A stretch of 64,000 bases of DNA from Takakia lepidozioides (taxonomy: Eukaryota; Plantae; Bryophyta): NCBI GenBank assembly GCA_030704615.1, contig CM060731.1, forward strand, positions 91,388,001 through 91,452,000. Reading direction: 5' to 3'. The translations under genes were made by a program, and so were the position numbers. Of the stretch, positions 62,471 through 64,000 are shown piece by piece. The notes below the pieces were generated by a model. That model was not told the origin of the DNA, ran no database searches, and saw only the letters and a list, made by a program, of their open reading frames with translations. Every line of letters starts with the position of its first letter. Position 1 is the first letter of the stretch.

Positions 62471-62949
62471 GGGATCCTTCACCAACCACTCTTCTAGGAA
62501 ATACGTTAGCCACCATAATACCCATATTGCCCACCAGATTACCCACATTCTCCACATTGGGCTCTCTCTCTACATGTATGGCTCACAAAAATCAACTTGA
62601 TAGGGAAGAGTGGAAAGCTCTGGCCCCTCTCTCTTCATGCAAGTGACAACCACAACCCCTCCCACCCCTTCCCACCCCTTTCATTCCACCCTTTCCAATC
62701 TCTTCCCTTCCCTAGAGATCACCCTCCAGTCCTTCCCCTTTCCTGCAATTCATACCTTTACGTTTCAACCAAAACAATGGGTGATACTGCTGAATTGTTA
62801 GGAGAAGAAAAAAGAAGAAAACGGAAGAAGAGGGACAAACACTTTTATCATGGGGGCATGAAGTTGAGCATCCAGAAAACCACATCAAAAGACTCGGACC
62901 TGCCTCTACATACAGAGAGCCTGATGCAGGTAAGCTGCCAAGAATGCAT

Positions 62950-64000
62950 GAGAATGTACTCATGAATTGAGCATGAGATTGTACTCATAAGACGTTGTTT
63001 GCTGTAGCCTTGTGGCCATTGACCCCGCGCCCAGTTTGAGCGGGAAATCGAGCATGAGAGCGAGAGAGAGAGAATGTACTCATAAGACGTTGCTTGCCGT
63101 AGCCTTGTGGCCATTGAGCGCTCAGTTTGAGCGGAAGTGAGAGAGAGAGAGATTGTACTCATAAGACGTTGTTTGCCGTAGCCTTGTGGCCATTGACCCC
63201 GCGCCCAGTTTGAGCGGGAACAAAAGGGACAGAACCTACCTCTGTCAGGGGCTGACGTTGGTAGTGTGACTTACCATCATATATAGAATTAATCCGGGTT
63301 TTCCAGATATCCTCTAGAAATCCCTAAACACAAGCATCAATCTGCTGTGTGTGATTTGCCCAAAAACTAGGCCTCAGGAGGGCCTGGGCTTTTGGCTCAG
63401 CCTCGAGACTTTCAAAGTTGGTAAACAGGGGTACAGGCACAATTCCCTTGATAGAATTGAAGAGAGCGTCTCTTTGGTGAGAGAACCCCGGACAGTGTAT
63501 CAGAAAGTGAATACTGTCTTCAGATTGCCCACACAACGGGCAATTGCACTCTCCCTTTCCTCTCTGCTTCTGTTTGCTGTTCAAAGGTAGGCTTCCTGCC
63601 CTGAGTTTAAATTTCAGTCTAGTGCCGAGAGTGGGTAGACCCTTGAGGTCATCCAAGATGTCCTCCCCCATGTCACTGACTGGAAACAAGTTCAGGGAAG
63701 TTTTCTGCCTAACTTCATTTTCATCAGACAATCTCATGGCAACAGACATGGCTGAGGACACTACAGCCTCTAAGTCAGATTTATCCAGCAGGGTCAAGAC
63801 TTGCGGATCCAGGTCCAGGTCCTTGAGAATCTCTTCTACTCTCTTCTGCCAGGACTTAGCCTGTTTGACAGGGCGGTCCTGTTTCCAAGATATAGAGTCG
63901 ATTAACTTAGGATATCTGGTGTTGGGCATATGTTGCAGCTGACCCCACCATCTGACCTTGAATTCATCTCGTCGGGAGCTTAAGGACGGAATGCCAAACT
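62950..64000 (-). mobile_element. RTE/RTE-X-like LINE 3' end with three tandem tail units
   Basis: ORF 63929-63324 with Cys/His finger. Tail unit GTACTCATAAGACGTTG..GTAGCCTTGTGGCCATTGA..CAGTTTGAGCGG occurs three times at about 62975-63220. Runs off the window. Confidence 0.85.

Noticed and set aside
62471-62557. Trp-rich hydrophobic N-terminal extension of DA1
   Set aside because: Not a known DA1 feature; an acceptor-like TGCAG precedes 62452, so this is probably intron or UTR.
62975-63220. Hammerhead ribozyme / Penelope pseudo-LTR in the LINE tail
   Set aside because: The minus strand has CTTATGAG instead of CTGANGA and no properly placed GAAA core.

Overview
Repeat-rich land-plant nuclear DNA (GT-AG introns, TTTAGGG telomere repeats, PLS-class PPR genes; a non-seed plant is plausible but cannot be shown from the window). 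The only apparently intact gene is a 9-exon DA1-family gene (UIM-LIM-HEXXH peptidase) on the minus strand at about 58.6-62.5 kb. The rest is a decayed Ty3/gypsy element (0.6-7.85 kb), F-box/kelch, PPR and mevalonate diphosphate decarboxylase pseudogenes, LINE fragments, a Tourist MITE, a probable LTR, and two large decayed DNA-transposon-like units. Unit 1 (about 14.9-27.0 kb) has a GCM-domain/SWIM Mutator-like transposase transcribed divergently from a spliced gene encoding a ParB/sulfiredoxin-like motif plus a beta-class N4C/N6A DNA methyltransferase fold. A satellite of the palindrome AAATGCGGnnCCGCATTT lies between them, and its half-site resembles the GCM binding core. Unit 2 (28914-45354) is bounded by 13-bp TIRs. 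It holds two convergent gene pairs (RING-H2 gene + hAT transposase; paralogous RING-like gene + intronless kinase) around a head-to-head telomere-repeat junction and a 120-bp satellite. A roughly 6-kb inversion (46054-52018) splits one L1 ORF2 in two. All family assignments come from motif recognition by eye; no database searches were run.
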